Assembly (NCBI GenBank): GCA_942493105.1
Contig: OW818668.1
Coordinates: 300,001-332,000, forward strand
Direction: 5' to 3'
Origin: an uncultured Erysipelotrichaceae bacterium
GTDB lineage: Bacteria > Bacillota_I > Bacilli_A > Erysipelotrichales > Erysipelotrichaceae
DNA length: 32,000 bases
Below, one piece after another: positions 9,003-18,354 of the stretch (positions are counted from its first letter, which is position 1; every line of letters begins with the position of its first letter). Made by a program: the position numbers and the translations under genes. The notes under the pieces are model-generated. The model had not been told where the DNA came from and made no database searches. It saw only the letters and a list, made by a program, of their open reading frames with translations.

Positions 9003-10229
9003 TTATATTGGGAATTTTATGGTAAAACAAGATCCCTTATCAACATTGCTGCTGACTTCTATGTCACCTTTATGCGCCAAGACAAACGATTTGACGATGG
9101 CTAATCCTAAACCACTACCGCCTGACGTTCTGGATCGTGATTGATCCGTACGATAAAAGCGTTCAAAGATGTATTTTTGATCTTCTTCTTTGATTCCTAT
9201 ACCTGTATCACTGACCTTTACGATACAGTAGGGACCATTTATTTCTGCAGATATGGTAATGGTTCCATCTTGCGTAAACTTGATCGCATTGGTCAACAGA
9301 TTGGTAAAGATCTGATGGGCTTTAACTCGATCTAGATTCAGTTGGATCCTTTTATCGATTTCCATAGTAAATATGTTGTTTTTCTCTTGAATCAAATGTT
9401 TAAGCGGAGTATATACATCTTGAATCAATTGGTTTAGGTTGACTGGTTCAGGATTTAATATGACTCTGTTGGATGAAAGTTTTGATAAAGACATGAGATC
9501 AGTAATGATATTATCCATTCTTAATGATTCTTTATCGATTTGATCCATGAATTCCCTTAATGTATCTTGATCATTGAAGTCGGGTCGATTCAAGATCTTG
9601 ATCATGCCCATGATGACCGACAACGGTGTTCTTAACTCATGTGATGCATCCGCTATGAAACGCTTTTGAACACGTTCTCCTTCTAAGATCTTGGTGATGT
9701 CTAAAAACATAAACAAACAACCAGCACTTCTTCCCCCATCAAAAACAGGAACAGACAAGGCTTGATAATCGATACTGTTGATGTTGAAGGTTCGAATAAG
9801 AACTTCGTCTTTGATATATGCATTTTTGATAAAACTTCCAATTTCTGGTTGAAAAGCTTTACTGTCATAGGCTAGCTTTTGTTTTGGATCAATGACGAAT
9901 TGTTCAAAAAGAACATTGCTTAAGACTATGTTTCCAACTTTATCCATCAAGGCAATCGGAAACGGTAAATTAGAGACGATGGTTTCAATTTGTGTGGATT
10001 TTAATTGGATGTTTTTTTCTTGCTGAAGACTGAGTTGATTGGCTTGTGAGATATGTCTTTGGTTCTCAAGACGATGAGCTTGTTCAAGTCTAACTATGAT
10101 GAAGGCATTACCTAAAATAGCGATCAAAGCTATTTCAATCAGAAAATCTTTAAATAGCCAGATGGATATCATCAATGCACCATTAAAAAGAATATAGTAA
10201 ACAATCTGTTTAGTTTTCATGAACTTCAT
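9003..10229 (-). CDS. phoR: Sensor histidine kinase, PhoR-like
   Basis: 408 aa with two N-terminal TM segments, H-box ASHELRTPL, and N/G boxes (LLTNAIKFT, DTGIGI, GGSGLGLAI). Adjacent to an OmpR-family regulator and the pst operon. ATG 10220 is an alternative start. Confidence 0.7.
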   Translation of the reverse strand: MKFMKTKQIVYYILFNGALMISIWLFKDFLIEIALIAILGNAFIIVRLEQAHRLENQRHISQANQLSLQQEKNIQLKSTQIETIVSNLPFPIALMDKVGNIVLSNVLFEQFVIDPKQKLAYDSKAFQPEIGSFIKNAYIKDEVLIRTFNINSIDYQALSVPVFDGGRSAGCLFMFLDITKILEGERVQKRFIADASHELRTPLSVIMGMIKILNRPDFNDQDTLREFMDQIDKESLRMDNIITDLMSLSKLSSNRVILNPEPVNLNQLIQDVYTPLKHLIQEKNNIFTMEIDKRIQLNLDRVKAHQIFTNLLTNAIKFTQDGTITISAEINGPYCIVKVSDTGIGIKEEDQKYIFERFYRTDQSRSRTSGGSGLGLAIVKSFVLAHKGDIEVSSNVDKGSCFTIKFPI

Positions 10230-10887
10230 CGAGAATATAACCGATGCCTCGTGATGATTTGATTTCTATGTGTGTGTTTTCAAGTTTGCTTCTTAGTTTA
10301 AAGACATGGACATCTACGATCCTTGTATCTCCGTCATATTCAAAGCCCCAGATCGTATTTAAGATTTGATCTCGTGATAAAACGATACCCTTGTTTTCTA
10401 TAAACATCATCAAGAGATCAAATTCTGTTTTTGTTAAATCAATGGGTTTATTTTGATAATGAACTTCACGGCTCTTTAAGTTGATGTGTAAACTTTGATG
10501 AGTCAGTGTTGATCCTATATTGGCTTTTAATCGACTTAAATGTGCTTTCATACGAACTAATAATTCACGAGAAGAGAATGGCTTAGTGAGATAATCATCG
10601 ACACCAGCTTCAAAAGCTTCAATAAGATCTTCTTCTTCGGATTTAGCCGTCAACATTATGATCAAAGCACTTTGATGATCTTCTCTAAGCTTTTTGACCA
10701 AGGTGATCCCATCCATTTCAGGCATCATCCAATCGATGATGAAGACATCAAAAGAATGAATTTTACTGAGCTCATAGGCAACTTTACCATTTTCACACAA
10801 GTTAAAATCATAGCCTGCCTGTTTAAGATCATAGGCAACTAAGCGTCTGATATTAAGTTCATCATCCACAAAACATACTTTGGTCAT
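10210..10887 (-). CDS. phoP: OmpR-family response regulator, PhoP-like
   Basis: REC domain (VCFVDDE ... DVFIIDWMMPEMDG ... LTAK) plus a winged-helix output (LTKTEFDLL ... GIGYIL). Start set to ATG 10887 (GGAG RBS 5 nt upstream) rather than 10914. Overlaps the kinase gene by 20 nt. Confidence 0.75.
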   Translation of the reverse strand: MTKVCFVDDELNIRRLVAYDLKQAGYDFNLCENGKVAYELSKIHSFDVFIIDWMMPEMDGITLVKKLREDHQSALIIMLTAKSEEEDLIEAFEAGVDDYLTKPFSSRELLVRMKAHLSRLKANIGSTLTHQSLHINLKSREVHYQNKPIDLTKTEFDLLMMFIENKGIVLSRDQILNTIWGFEYDGDTRIVDVHVFKLRSKLENTHIEIKSSRGIGYILDEVHEN

Positions 10888-10939
10888 AGCGTCTCCGTTA
10901 AGTTTATTATACATGAACAGGAGAAGAGCTTTGTTAAAT

Positions 10940-10970
10940 AAACTTCATAAAAAGCACCGAAGTGCTTTTA
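10940..10970 (-). terminator. Terminator after the aldo/keto reductase gene
   Basis: 8-bp stem AAAAGCAC (10950-10957) / GTGCTTTT (10962-10969) with loop CGAA. The TAA stop lies in the stem. T-rich tail on the minus strand. Confidence 0.55.
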
Positions 10971-12092
10971 AGGATGCGGAATATCTTTTGCGACTTGAAT
11001 CAAGTCATCGATGATGTGGATGTGTTGCGGACAAAGCGCTTCACAAGCCCCACATGCTTGACACATGTCGGCCCTTACTTCAGCTTTAAGATCTGTCCAA
11101 TAGCGTTTAATGGCTTTGGTTTCATCTCTAAAGATCGAATAATCATTCCAAATCTTGAAGTTTCTAGGAATATTGACTCCAAATGGACAAGGCATACAGT
11201 ATTCACAGCTCGTACAACCATTCTTTGTTCTCGCATTGATGATGTCATTGACTTTATGAACGATGGACATTTCTTCATCGCTAAGATCTTTATAGTGATT
11301 GAAGGTATTGAGATTATCTAAGACATGATCCATCGTACTCATTCCGCTTAATATAACTTTAACGTTTGGATGCGTTGCTACCCAACGCAAGGCCCATGAA
11401 GACAAGGAAGCTTTTGGATCATAATCTTTGAAAGGTTGGGCAATATCATCAGGTAAGGTTGCCAACATCCCACCTTTAATGGGTTCCATCACAACCAAAG
11501 GTATACCTAATTTTACAGTTAAATCATAACCTTTCTTTCCAGCTTGGATTTGAGTATCGATGTAGTTGTATTGAATCTGGCAGAAGTCCCATTGACGATA
11601 AGTTGCGATCTTTTCAAAGACAGGATATTCATCATGGAAAGAGAATCCTAGGTTTTTGATCTTGCCTTCTGCTTTAAGTTGTTCAACGACTTCAATGACA
11701 CCTAACTTAAGCAATAGATCCCACTTTTCTTGATCCAAGGCATGAAGCAAATAGAAGTCAACATAGTCGACTTGTAAACGAGCGAGTTGTTCATTGAATA
11801 TTCTTAAGGCATCATCTTTTGTCTTAAGTATCCAAATTGGAAGCTTGGTTGCGAGAAAAAATGATTCTCTTGGATGATTTTTTAATACTTTTCCTACAAA
11901 AGGTTCACTTTCTCCGTTATGATAAGGATAAGCTGTGTCAATATAGGTGACTCCATTGGCCATTGCTGTTTCAATCATTTCTGTTGCTTTGACTTCATCA
12001 ATCGACCCATCGGCTAAGGTTGGAAACCTCATACATCCAAATCCTAACAGTGATGGACTGATCCCTGACTTCTCAAATTTTCTAGTGTGCAT
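10968..12092 (-). CDS. Aldo/keto reductase with a C-terminal 4Fe-4S ferredoxin-type domain
   Basis: 374 aa. The N-terminal AKR fold (GFGCMRFP, IDTAYPYHNGESE, DYVDFYLLH) is followed by Cys clusters CTSCEYCMPCP and CQACGACEALCP. Confidence 0.8.
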   Translation of the reverse strand: MHTRKFEKSGISPSLLGFGCMRFPTLADGSIDEVKATEMIETAMANGVTYIDTAYPYHNGESEPFVGKVLKNHPRESFFLATKLPIWILKTKDDALRIFNEQLARLQVDYVDFYLLHALDQEKWDLLLKLGVIEVVEQLKAEGKIKNLGFSFHDEYPVFEKIATYRQWDFCQIQYNYIDTQIQAGKKGYDLTVKLGIPLVVMEPIKGGMLATLPDDIAQPFKDYDPKASLSSWALRWVATHPNVKVILSGMSTMDHVLDNLNTFNHYKDLSDEEMSIVHKVNDIINARTKNGCTSCEYCMPCPFGVNIPRNFKIWNDYSIFRDETKAIKRYWTDLKAEVRADMCQACGACEALCPQHIHIIDDLIQVAKDIPHP

Positions 12093-12171
12093 ACGTTAAC
12101 CTCGCTTTCTTTAATTGAACACTATATTCACAAACTACGCAAGTCTCTTTTTAGAGAAACGAAAGGAAATC

Positions 12172-12606
12172 ATGTCTCGTCTACAAAATGCCATTGAACG
12201 TTTAAAGATCCAACAACTCAGTTGTATCGCTCTAAAAGGCGATGATGAATACATTAGTACCGAAAGAGGCTTACGTCCTTTAATGAAGCCTTTACGAGTC
12301 GATCCTGACTTCTTTAAGGATGCCATAGTCATTGATCGAGTGATTGGTAAATCAGCTGCATTCTTGCTTATACGGGCTCGTATACAGCGTTTACATACGA
12401 TCACGATCAGTACACATGCGATCAAACTTTTAGAGAAACATAAGATACCTTTTACCTATGAAAAAGAAGTTCCCTACATCATCAACGATACCCAAACCGG
12501 TATGTGTCCTATGGAAGAAACTGTTTTAAATATCGAAGATGTTGAAGAAGCTTACCTTGCATTAGAGCATAAAATCAAAGCATTGATGATGAATCAGAAT
12601 CCATAA
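12172..12606 (+). CDS. DUF1893 (TM1506-like) domain protein
   Basis: 144 aa from ATG 12172 (RBS AAAGGAAA); the tracked ORF starts at an upstream TTG. The motifs DRVIGKSAAFL and TGMCPME match my recollection of DUF1893. Confidence 0.55.
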   Translation: MSRLQNAIERLKIQQLSCIALKGDDEYISTERGLRPLMKPLRVDPDFFKDAIVIDRVIGKSAAFLLIRARIQRLHTITISTHAIKLLEKHKIPFTYEKEVPYIINDTQTGMCPMEETVLNIEDVEEAYLALEHKIKALMMNQNP

Positions 12607-12609
12607 GTT

Positions 12610-13668
12610 CTAAAAACTTAAACTGATTGAATGCACTAAATCATCAATTTCATACTTATCTTCATTAAAAACCTGTAGACATGCATCTACGACATCGCTG
12701 CGATAAGCGATGCCTTTTCTATTTTGAATTTCACTAAGTGCAGCTTCTTTACCTAAAGAAGGACGATATGGTCGATGCGACATCATGGCTTCAACCACAT
12801 CAGCCACGATCAAGATATGACTTTCCATCAAGATCTCACTTTCAATCAGTTGTCTAGGATATCCACTGCCATCACACCGTTCATGGTGCTGGTAAATGGT
12901 TTCTGCGACCGTTTCAGGAAGATTGGATCCTTTTAATAATTCATAGCCACTAAAGGAATGATTACGTAATAGTGCCATTTCTAGATCTGTTAATTTACCT
13001 GGTTTGCTTAAGATTTCAGCAGGGATACTGATCTTACCGATATCGTGGATATAGCCTATGGTTCGTATTTCTTCTGCTTTTTGTTTAGACATGTTCATTT
13101 TTTGGGCAATGACGGCAGCTAAATTTCCTACTCGGCGTTGATGGCCTGCTGTATAGGGGTCTCTAGATTCAACGACTTGCGATAAAAGCAAAATGATGCT
13201 TTCCATAGAGTGCTGTAAGGCAAAGGTACGACGTTCAACCATTCGTTCCAAATCTCTTTGATACTCCTGATTACGACTTTCAAGTTCTCTTTTTTGATCC
13301 AACAGTTTTTTAATTTCGGCTGCTTTACGAACGATGTTTAAGAAGTCATCCTTATGAATGGGTTTACTGATGTAGTCGCTGGCGCCGTTTTGTACAGCAC
13401 TGACTGCCGTTTCTACAGTAGGTTCACCTGTCATGATGATGATTTGCAGATCACTGGATTGCTTACGCAACTTCATCATCAGTTCGATTCCGCTTCCTTT
13501 AGGCATCACAATATCCGATACGACCACATCCGGATTAAACCGTTGTGCCTCTTGATAAGCTTCATCGGCATTTGATGCACTTAAAACTTCATAGCCTTCA
13601 TTAAAAAGAAATTTACTTAAGGTTATTCGTAGTGATACTTCATCGTCAACGATCAACACTTTAGTCAT
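12610..13668 (-). CDS. Response regulator with HD-GYP output domain (RpfG-type, putative c-di-GMP phosphodiesterase)
   Basis: REC domain (VLIVDDE ... VVSDIVMPKGSG ... MTGE) followed by HDIGKISIP and HHERCDGSGYP. Start set at ATG 13668 (GGAGG RBS), overlapping the kinase stop by 8 nt. Confidence 0.85.
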   Translation of the reverse strand: MTKVLIVDDEVSLRITLSKFLFNEGYEVLSASNADEAYQEAQRFNPDVVVSDIVMPKGSGIELMMKLRKQSSDLQIIIMTGEPTVETAVSAVQNGASDYISKPIHKDDFLNIVRKAAEIKKLLDQKRELESRNQEYQRDLERMVERRTFALQHSMESIILLLSQVVESRDPYTAGHQRRVGNLAAVIAQKMNMSKQKAEEIRTIGYIHDIGKISIPAEILSKPGKLTDLEMALLRNHSFSGYELLKGSNLPETVAETIYQHHERCDGSGYPRQLIESEILMESHILIVADVVEAMMSHRPYRPSLGKEAALSEIQNRKGIAYRSDVVDACLQVFNEDKYEIDDLVHSISLSF

Positions 13669-15757
13669 GAGTTGCCTCCATAGTTTCCCATCCATTATCT
13701 ACCGTTAAGATTACTCTAAACATACTGTATTCGCCTTTTATACTGTCTACGATGATTTCTCCATGGTGGTCTTTTACGATCCCATAACTGATGGATAAAC
13801 CCAATCCTGTTCCTTTATCTTTGGCTTTGGTGGAGTAAAAAGGCTCAAATATCTTCTGTATGATTTCCTCATCGATACCGGTCCCATAATCTTTGACCGA
13901 AAGCTCGATCCATTTTCGATCATTCTCATGGGTTAGGTGTGCTCTTATCTCGATTTTCTTGAGCGGATCAGATTGAGGATATCGATCATTGAGGGCATCT
14001 CTTAAATTGGTCAACAGATTCATGAGGACTTGTTGGATCTGTTGAGAACGACATTTGAAATCAGGAAGTTCAGGATCTAATTGGATGTCCAATACAATAT
14101 TGTCCTTTTTAAAGATCACATTGGTTAGTGAGACTGTTCTGTTAACGATGTCGTAAAGACTGGCATATGAATGCGATTGTTTTTCCATACGTGCAAACTG
14201 AAGTAAGTTTCTTACGATTTCTGATATTCTTTCGGTTTCGCGAATGATTTCTTTAGCGTAGCTTTCAGTTTCTTTGACTTGACCGAGTGAGTCTACAATC
14301 AACTGGGCATAGTTCATGATCCCATTGATGGGGTTATTGATCTCATGTGCCACACCACCGGCTAAACTGCCAATGGCTTCAAGTTTTTGTTGCTGACGCA
14401 TTTGAATCTCAAATTCTTGTTTTTGTAGTTGTAAAGCTTTGGCTTCTGTTATATCCAAAGCGAAAACTATGGCACCATTCTTGTTTAGAGTTCGATAAGG
14501 AATTGCCAAAACGGTGACATCTACCGGAGTTCCATCCATTTTAAGAAAGACCTCATCGTTGGCTGGAACCATTTTTTTATCTTCGTTTAATAGCCTTATA
14601 CGCTCTTTTATGACCTCTCTTGAATCAGGGTGAAAGTGTTCCATGACTGGTTCATCAAGCAATGCCTCAGCAGTTTTAATCCCAAATAAATTACACGCCA
14701 TTTTATTTAGATAGTAAAAACGATTATCTAATTGAATGAAAATTGCATAAGGAGCATTATCTACTAATGTCTTGAATTGTATTTCGCTATTGGCGAAATC
14801 AGACTGAGCAATAATTCGATCGGTTACATCATGAATGATCGAATAGATCATGTGTTTACCTAAACGCATGACAGGACCAGAATATACTTCTACATCTCGT
14901 AATTCACCATTTGCTAGACGATGTTTGAATTCAAAATGATTCTGCTTTTCTTCGACAGCCAACTTAAGTTTTTCTTCTATTTCATCTGGTGACATGGTAT
15001 TGATTTGACTGACCTTCATACTGGTCAAAGTTTTCTTGTCCCAACCATAATAATTCTCTGAGGCTTTATTGGCATCGATGATGTTTCCCGTTTTTGGATC
15101 AAGGATCAGCATCATGGCTTGATTTAAATCAAAGAAGGAACGATATAAAGACTCTGATTCACTAAGTTTGGATACCATGTCTGCATTCTCAACTTGAGTT
15201 TGAATCAATGCACTTAAGAGTAAAGAAGCCATTGGATAAAGTACCAAAACAGGTAATCCAATATTTTTATAGGTATTCATCGCAAGATCCCAAGGTAAGA
15301 TCAACATACACAACAACATAATGACATGTGTTAATACACCAAAAACATAAAGTTTCCACGCTTTACGACGAATCTTATTGGGTGAGGAGAAAGTTCGCCA
15401 AATCAACCCAAAAGCAGTGACACTCCCTATAACAAGAACTCCTGCTAATGCTCCAACACCACCTTGATATATCCTAAACAATGCAGCCATTATGGCAGCA
15501 ATGATAGCAGGAATAGCACCTAGATATAAAGCACTGACACTTAATAAGATAGACCTTGTATCAAAAACCAGACCTTCTACGAAAGTCATGGGGTTAGTCA
15601 TGACTGTTATTGCGATCACACCTAAAATCAACCCATCGATCACATCTGAGTATTTGCTGCGTCGATGAATGATGAGATGTCCTACTTGATTCAGGATGCT
15701 GACTGAGAGTAAAAGCCCAGCATTATTGACCAATTGGCTTAAGATTTCAAGATTCAT
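13661..15757 (-). CDS. Sensor histidine kinase with 5TMR-LYT-type membrane domain and PAS domains
   Basis: 698 aa from ATG 15757 (GGGAGA RBS). N-terminal multi-TM region with FDTRSILLS, as in the LytS/YhcK 5TM receptor. Two PAS-like segments, H-box GGVAHEINNP, and an ATPase domain with DYGTGI and GTGLGLSI. Confidence 0.8.
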   Translation of the reverse strand: MNLEILSQLVNNAGLLLSVSILNQVGHLIIHRRSKYSDVIDGLILGVIAITVMTNPMTFVEGLVFDTRSILLSVSALYLGAIPAIIAAIMAALFRIYQGGVGALAGVLVIGSVTAFGLIWRTFSSPNKIRRKAWKLYVFGVLTHVIMLLCMLILPWDLAMNTYKNIGLPVLVLYPMASLLLSALIQTQVENADMVSKLSESESLYRSFFDLNQAMMLILDPKTGNIIDANKASENYYGWDKKTLTSMKVSQINTMSPDEIEEKLKLAVEEKQNHFEFKHRLANGELRDVEVYSGPVMRLGKHMIYSIIHDVTDRIIAQSDFANSEIQFKTLVDNAPYAIFIQLDNRFYYLNKMACNLFGIKTAEALLDEPVMEHFHPDSREVIKERIRLLNEDKKMVPANDEVFLKMDGTPVDVTVLAIPYRTLNKNGAIVFALDITEAKALQLQKQEFEIQMRQQQKLEAIGSLAGGVAHEINNPINGIMNYAQLIVDSLGQVKETESYAKEIIRETERISEIVRNLLQFARMEKQSHSYASLYDIVNRTVSLTNVIFKKDNIVLDIQLDPELPDFKCRSQQIQQVLMNLLTNLRDALNDRYPQSDPLKKIEIRAHLTHENDRKWIELSVKDYGTGIDEEIIQKIFEPFYSTKAKDKGTGLGLSISYGIVKDHHGEIIVDSIKGEYSMFRVILTVDNGWETMEATHD

Positions 15758-15792
15758 AAAGATCTCCCGAGTGAACTTCAAACTACACATTT

Positions 15793-15821
15793 ATTATCAC
15801 ACAATACTTATGGTTATGCAA
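15793..15821 (-). promoter_or_regulatory. Sigma-70-type promoter for the kinase/HD-GYP operon
   Basis: On the minus strand TTGCAT (15821-15816), a 17-nt spacer, then TGT-GATAAT (15801-15793). Confidence 0.5.
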
Positions 15822-15833
15822 AATGCAGAACAT

Positions 15834-15859
15834 TATAAAAAAACCATGATTTCTCATGG
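15834..15859 (-). terminator. Rho-independent terminator ending the radical-SAM-like operon
   Basis: On the minus strand CCATGA gaaa TCATGG is followed by seven T. The TGA stop of the 471-aa gene sits in the stem. Confidence 0.65.
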
Positions 15860-17269
15860 CGTGAAGATGATTTGAGTTTTGATGGACTCGCTTAATTTTT
15901 GAGTCAGTGGATTATCATTTAAGATTTCTTGAGGGGTCATCAAAGTATACTGAGATTCTATGGTATCTTGTGCGATCGTTGTGGCTTCTTTTAATGCAGC
16001 AATTCCTTTATCAGCACCTAAATCAAAGATCCCTTTGGTTAAACTGGTTCCGATAGACTCAGGAATACTGGTCCCCGCAATGGATGCATTTAAACTGCTC
16101 TGAAGGGTTGAGTTTAGTAAAGTCGTTGCTTCTTTAGCCCAAGCTTGATCACCATAACGATCTTTGATGGCTGTAGCGGATACATTTAGGATGGCTTTAG
16201 CTAAGTGCTTTGACTTATTCTTAGGATCTTTTCTTGCATCTTTTACACCTAAAAACATGGTCTTAAGGGCTCCATAAGCAATCTTGATTTGTGCTCCGGC
16301 AGGACCAGCCAATTCAGCTAATCCATCGATTGCGACATCAGCTCCATATTGAAGTCCTTCTGATGCTTTGGTTGCTAGTTCTCCTCGATTGGCTTTTAAA
16401 ATTTGATCATATAGTGCTTTACATTTCTTTTCATAGGCACTTTTCAATTTCTTATGTGTGGCTGCATCAGCATCAGCAACTTGCGTTTCATAATTTATCT
16501 TTTCGGTTTCCAGTTGTTTAAGTAATGCTTGGGTTTCTTCATTAGGCTGCAGTTCACCTTTAGCCAGGGCTTTATATTCACTTCGAGCATTGGCTGCCAT
16601 AAGCGTCTTATCGATATCGATTTCACGTTTTTCCAGTTCTTTGAAACACTCTAGCCAAGGATTTGCTTCAGAATTGCCAGGTTCAAACATGGGTGCCATG
16701 GACTTCAGCAAAGCCTTCTGTTCCTGTACAGTGACATAATCTGATTGATTTTGTTGGATCCATGCGTCTCTTTCAGAAATGATACTTTGTTTAGCAGTTC
16801 GATCTTGTTCAACTGATTTCTTTTGTAGCTCTATCTGTTTGAGCTGTTCAGAAAGATAATCAAGATAGGCTTTGTTTTTATCACTTTGAACTTGATATTC
16901 ACTGGTGCTCTTATCGGCTGTCTTATCAATAGTTTCCCAGTTCTTTTTTGTTTGAGCTAATTCAGATTGAAGATCTTTAGCTGCCTTTGAAAGCAAAGAC
17001 AGGGCTTCATCATAGGCATCCGTTACGATTTTCTCTTGTTGGTGGGCATCATCAATGACTCCTTCAGTTATCCTAGATGCCATTCTTTCAGATTCCATCA
17101 TCAGTTCATCATAAAGCTCATCTTGCTTTATAGACATGTTGGTTGAGCGATAACCTGTCATTAAGGTATCCAGCATAAATAAGAGTCCTGCAGTGACTGC
17201 ACTGTCAGCCAGGACTACACCAAATACTTCACTGGAAGAATTGGTAACATGATCGACTTTGATTTTCAT
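15854..17269 (-). CDS. Hypothetical 471-aa protein: short N-terminal motif, one hydrophobic segment, long coiled-coil region and an A/G/S/T-rich C-terminal region
   Basis: Start at ATG 17269 (AAGGAGA RBS), forming an ATGA overlap with the upstream stop. N-terminus is MKIKVDHVTNSSSEVF, then GVVLADSAVTAGLLFMLDTLMTGY, then about 280 aa rich in K/E/Q heptads. I recognise no family. Confidence 0.6.
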   Translation of the reverse strand: MKIKVDHVTNSSSEVFGVVLADSAVTAGLLFMLDTLMTGYRSTNMSIKQDELYDELMMESERMASRITEGVIDDAHQQEKIVTDAYDEALSLLSKAAKDLQSELAQTKKNWETIDKTADKSTSEYQVQSDKNKAYLDYLSEQLKQIELQKKSVEQDRTAKQSIISERDAWIQQNQSDYVTVQEQKALLKSMAPMFEPGNSEANPWLECFKELEKREIDIDKTLMAANARSEYKALAKGELQPNEETQALLKQLETEKINYETQVADADAATHKKLKSAYEKKCKALYDQILKANRGELATKASEGLQYGADVAIDGLAELAGPAGAQIKIAYGALKTMFLGVKDARKDPKNKSKHLAKAILNVSATAIKDRYGDQAWAKEATTLLNSTLQSSLNASIAGTSIPESIGTSLTKGIFDLGADKGIAALKEATTIAQDTIESQYTLMTPQEILNDNPLTQKLSESIKTQIIFTP

Positions 17270-18354
17270 AAATGACTCTCCTTCTGATCGAACTGGAATC
17301 GATCGCATAAGGTAATTTCAGGGATGATGGGGCATCCTGAGTAACACGATGATCTACTGCTGCAACCACTGCATTTGCCTGTCTGCCTATTTCTGAATCG
17401 ATCAAAGACTTCACAATCCCAAGCTTCTTGGATACTCATCTCATCAAGTGAAACAGAATAGGCTTCATCTTTTTCGAAACTGCATGGGATCAGTTTATTG
17501 TCTGGACTAATGTAAGCTGAGAAACGTCCGGCTTCACAAGCTTCGATACATAAAGGACTGATTTTTGTGGTCAAGTTAAGGATCGCAGGGACACAACAAC
17601 TATCGAAACCCACTTTATTTGCGATCTCTACGCGATCCATCAGTGAAAAGAAATGCTGGACTTTGGGATCTTTGATGTCTAGTACTTGATCGTATGAACC
17701 AAAGCCTACAGGTTTATGAAGCAAGAAGATGATTCGATTGATCCCATGAGGCCATGACTTGTGTTCAATCAATTCAATGGCTTCTTCAAGTGTATCTCTA
17801 GAAAGCACATAATGAATGTTGGTTTTGATTCCGTAGTCCGTTAACATTTTAATCGCATCCATTGTGTAATGATTACGATACCAACTCACTGCTACAGCTC
17901 CACAACATTGTTTAATGACCGGTAATAATTTCTTATTTAATCCATATCCTGAGGTTGTGAAATTAGGTGTGACACCATGATTATGGGCATAGGTCAATAT
18001 TTTGATGATGTCGGGATGTTGATCAGGATCACCTCTTCCACCTAAAGCAATCTGAAATGTTTTGTTTTGAGCTTGGTCGATGATCTTTGAGAAAGTCTCA
18101 AAACTCATATGATCTTCTTCTATTTCTCCGCCTTTTTGATAACACTGAACTCCAGAAGCCAAACATAAGCCGCTTTTACCGTGTTCACATGAACCCATGA
18201 TCCCAATATCCAATAACTCAGGAAAACTGCCTTGAAATGGATCTAGTCCACTATCAATGCCTTCTTTAGTAAAGGTATTGCTTCTGGCTCCTTGACCTGT
18301 CACAGGATCAAAGAAACTCACATAGCGATATAAATCATCCCATCGTTTTTTCAT
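17266..18354 (-). CDS. Radical-SAM-like enzyme with a C-terminal SPASM domain and a non-canonical N-terminal Cys triad
   Basis: 362 aa. GGRGDP (a GGEP-like SAM-binding motif) and NFTTSG are present. The C-terminus has CEAGRFSAYISPDNKLIPC and CSGCSSRSSCYSGC (CX2CX5CX3C). The N-terminal cysteines are spaced C56-x7-C64-x6-C71 instead of CxxxCxxC. Confidence 0.65.
   Translation of the reverse strand: MKKRWDDLYRYVSFFDPVTGQGARSNTFTKEGIDSGLDPFQGSFPELLDIGIMGSCEHGKSGLCLASGVQCYQKGGEIEEDHMSFETFSKIIDQAQNKTFQIALGGRGDPDQHPDIIKILTYAHNHGVTPNFTTSGYGLNKKLLPVIKQCCGAVAVSWYRNHYTMDAIKMLTDYGIKTNIHYVLSRDTLEEAIELIEHKSWPHGINRIIFLLHKPVGFGSYDQVLDIKDPKVQHFFSLMDRVEIANKVGFDSCCVPAILNLTTKISPLCIEACEAGRFSAYISPDNKLIPCSFEKDEAYSVSLDEMSIQEAWDCEVFDRFRNRQTGKCSGCSSRSSCYSGCPIIPEITLCDRFQFDQKESHL

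Noticed and set aside
10962-11321. 119-aa plus-strand ORF
   Set aside because: It lies entirely antisense to the well-supported aldo/keto reductase gene. It has no RBS and no recognisable motifs, so it is a shadow ORF.
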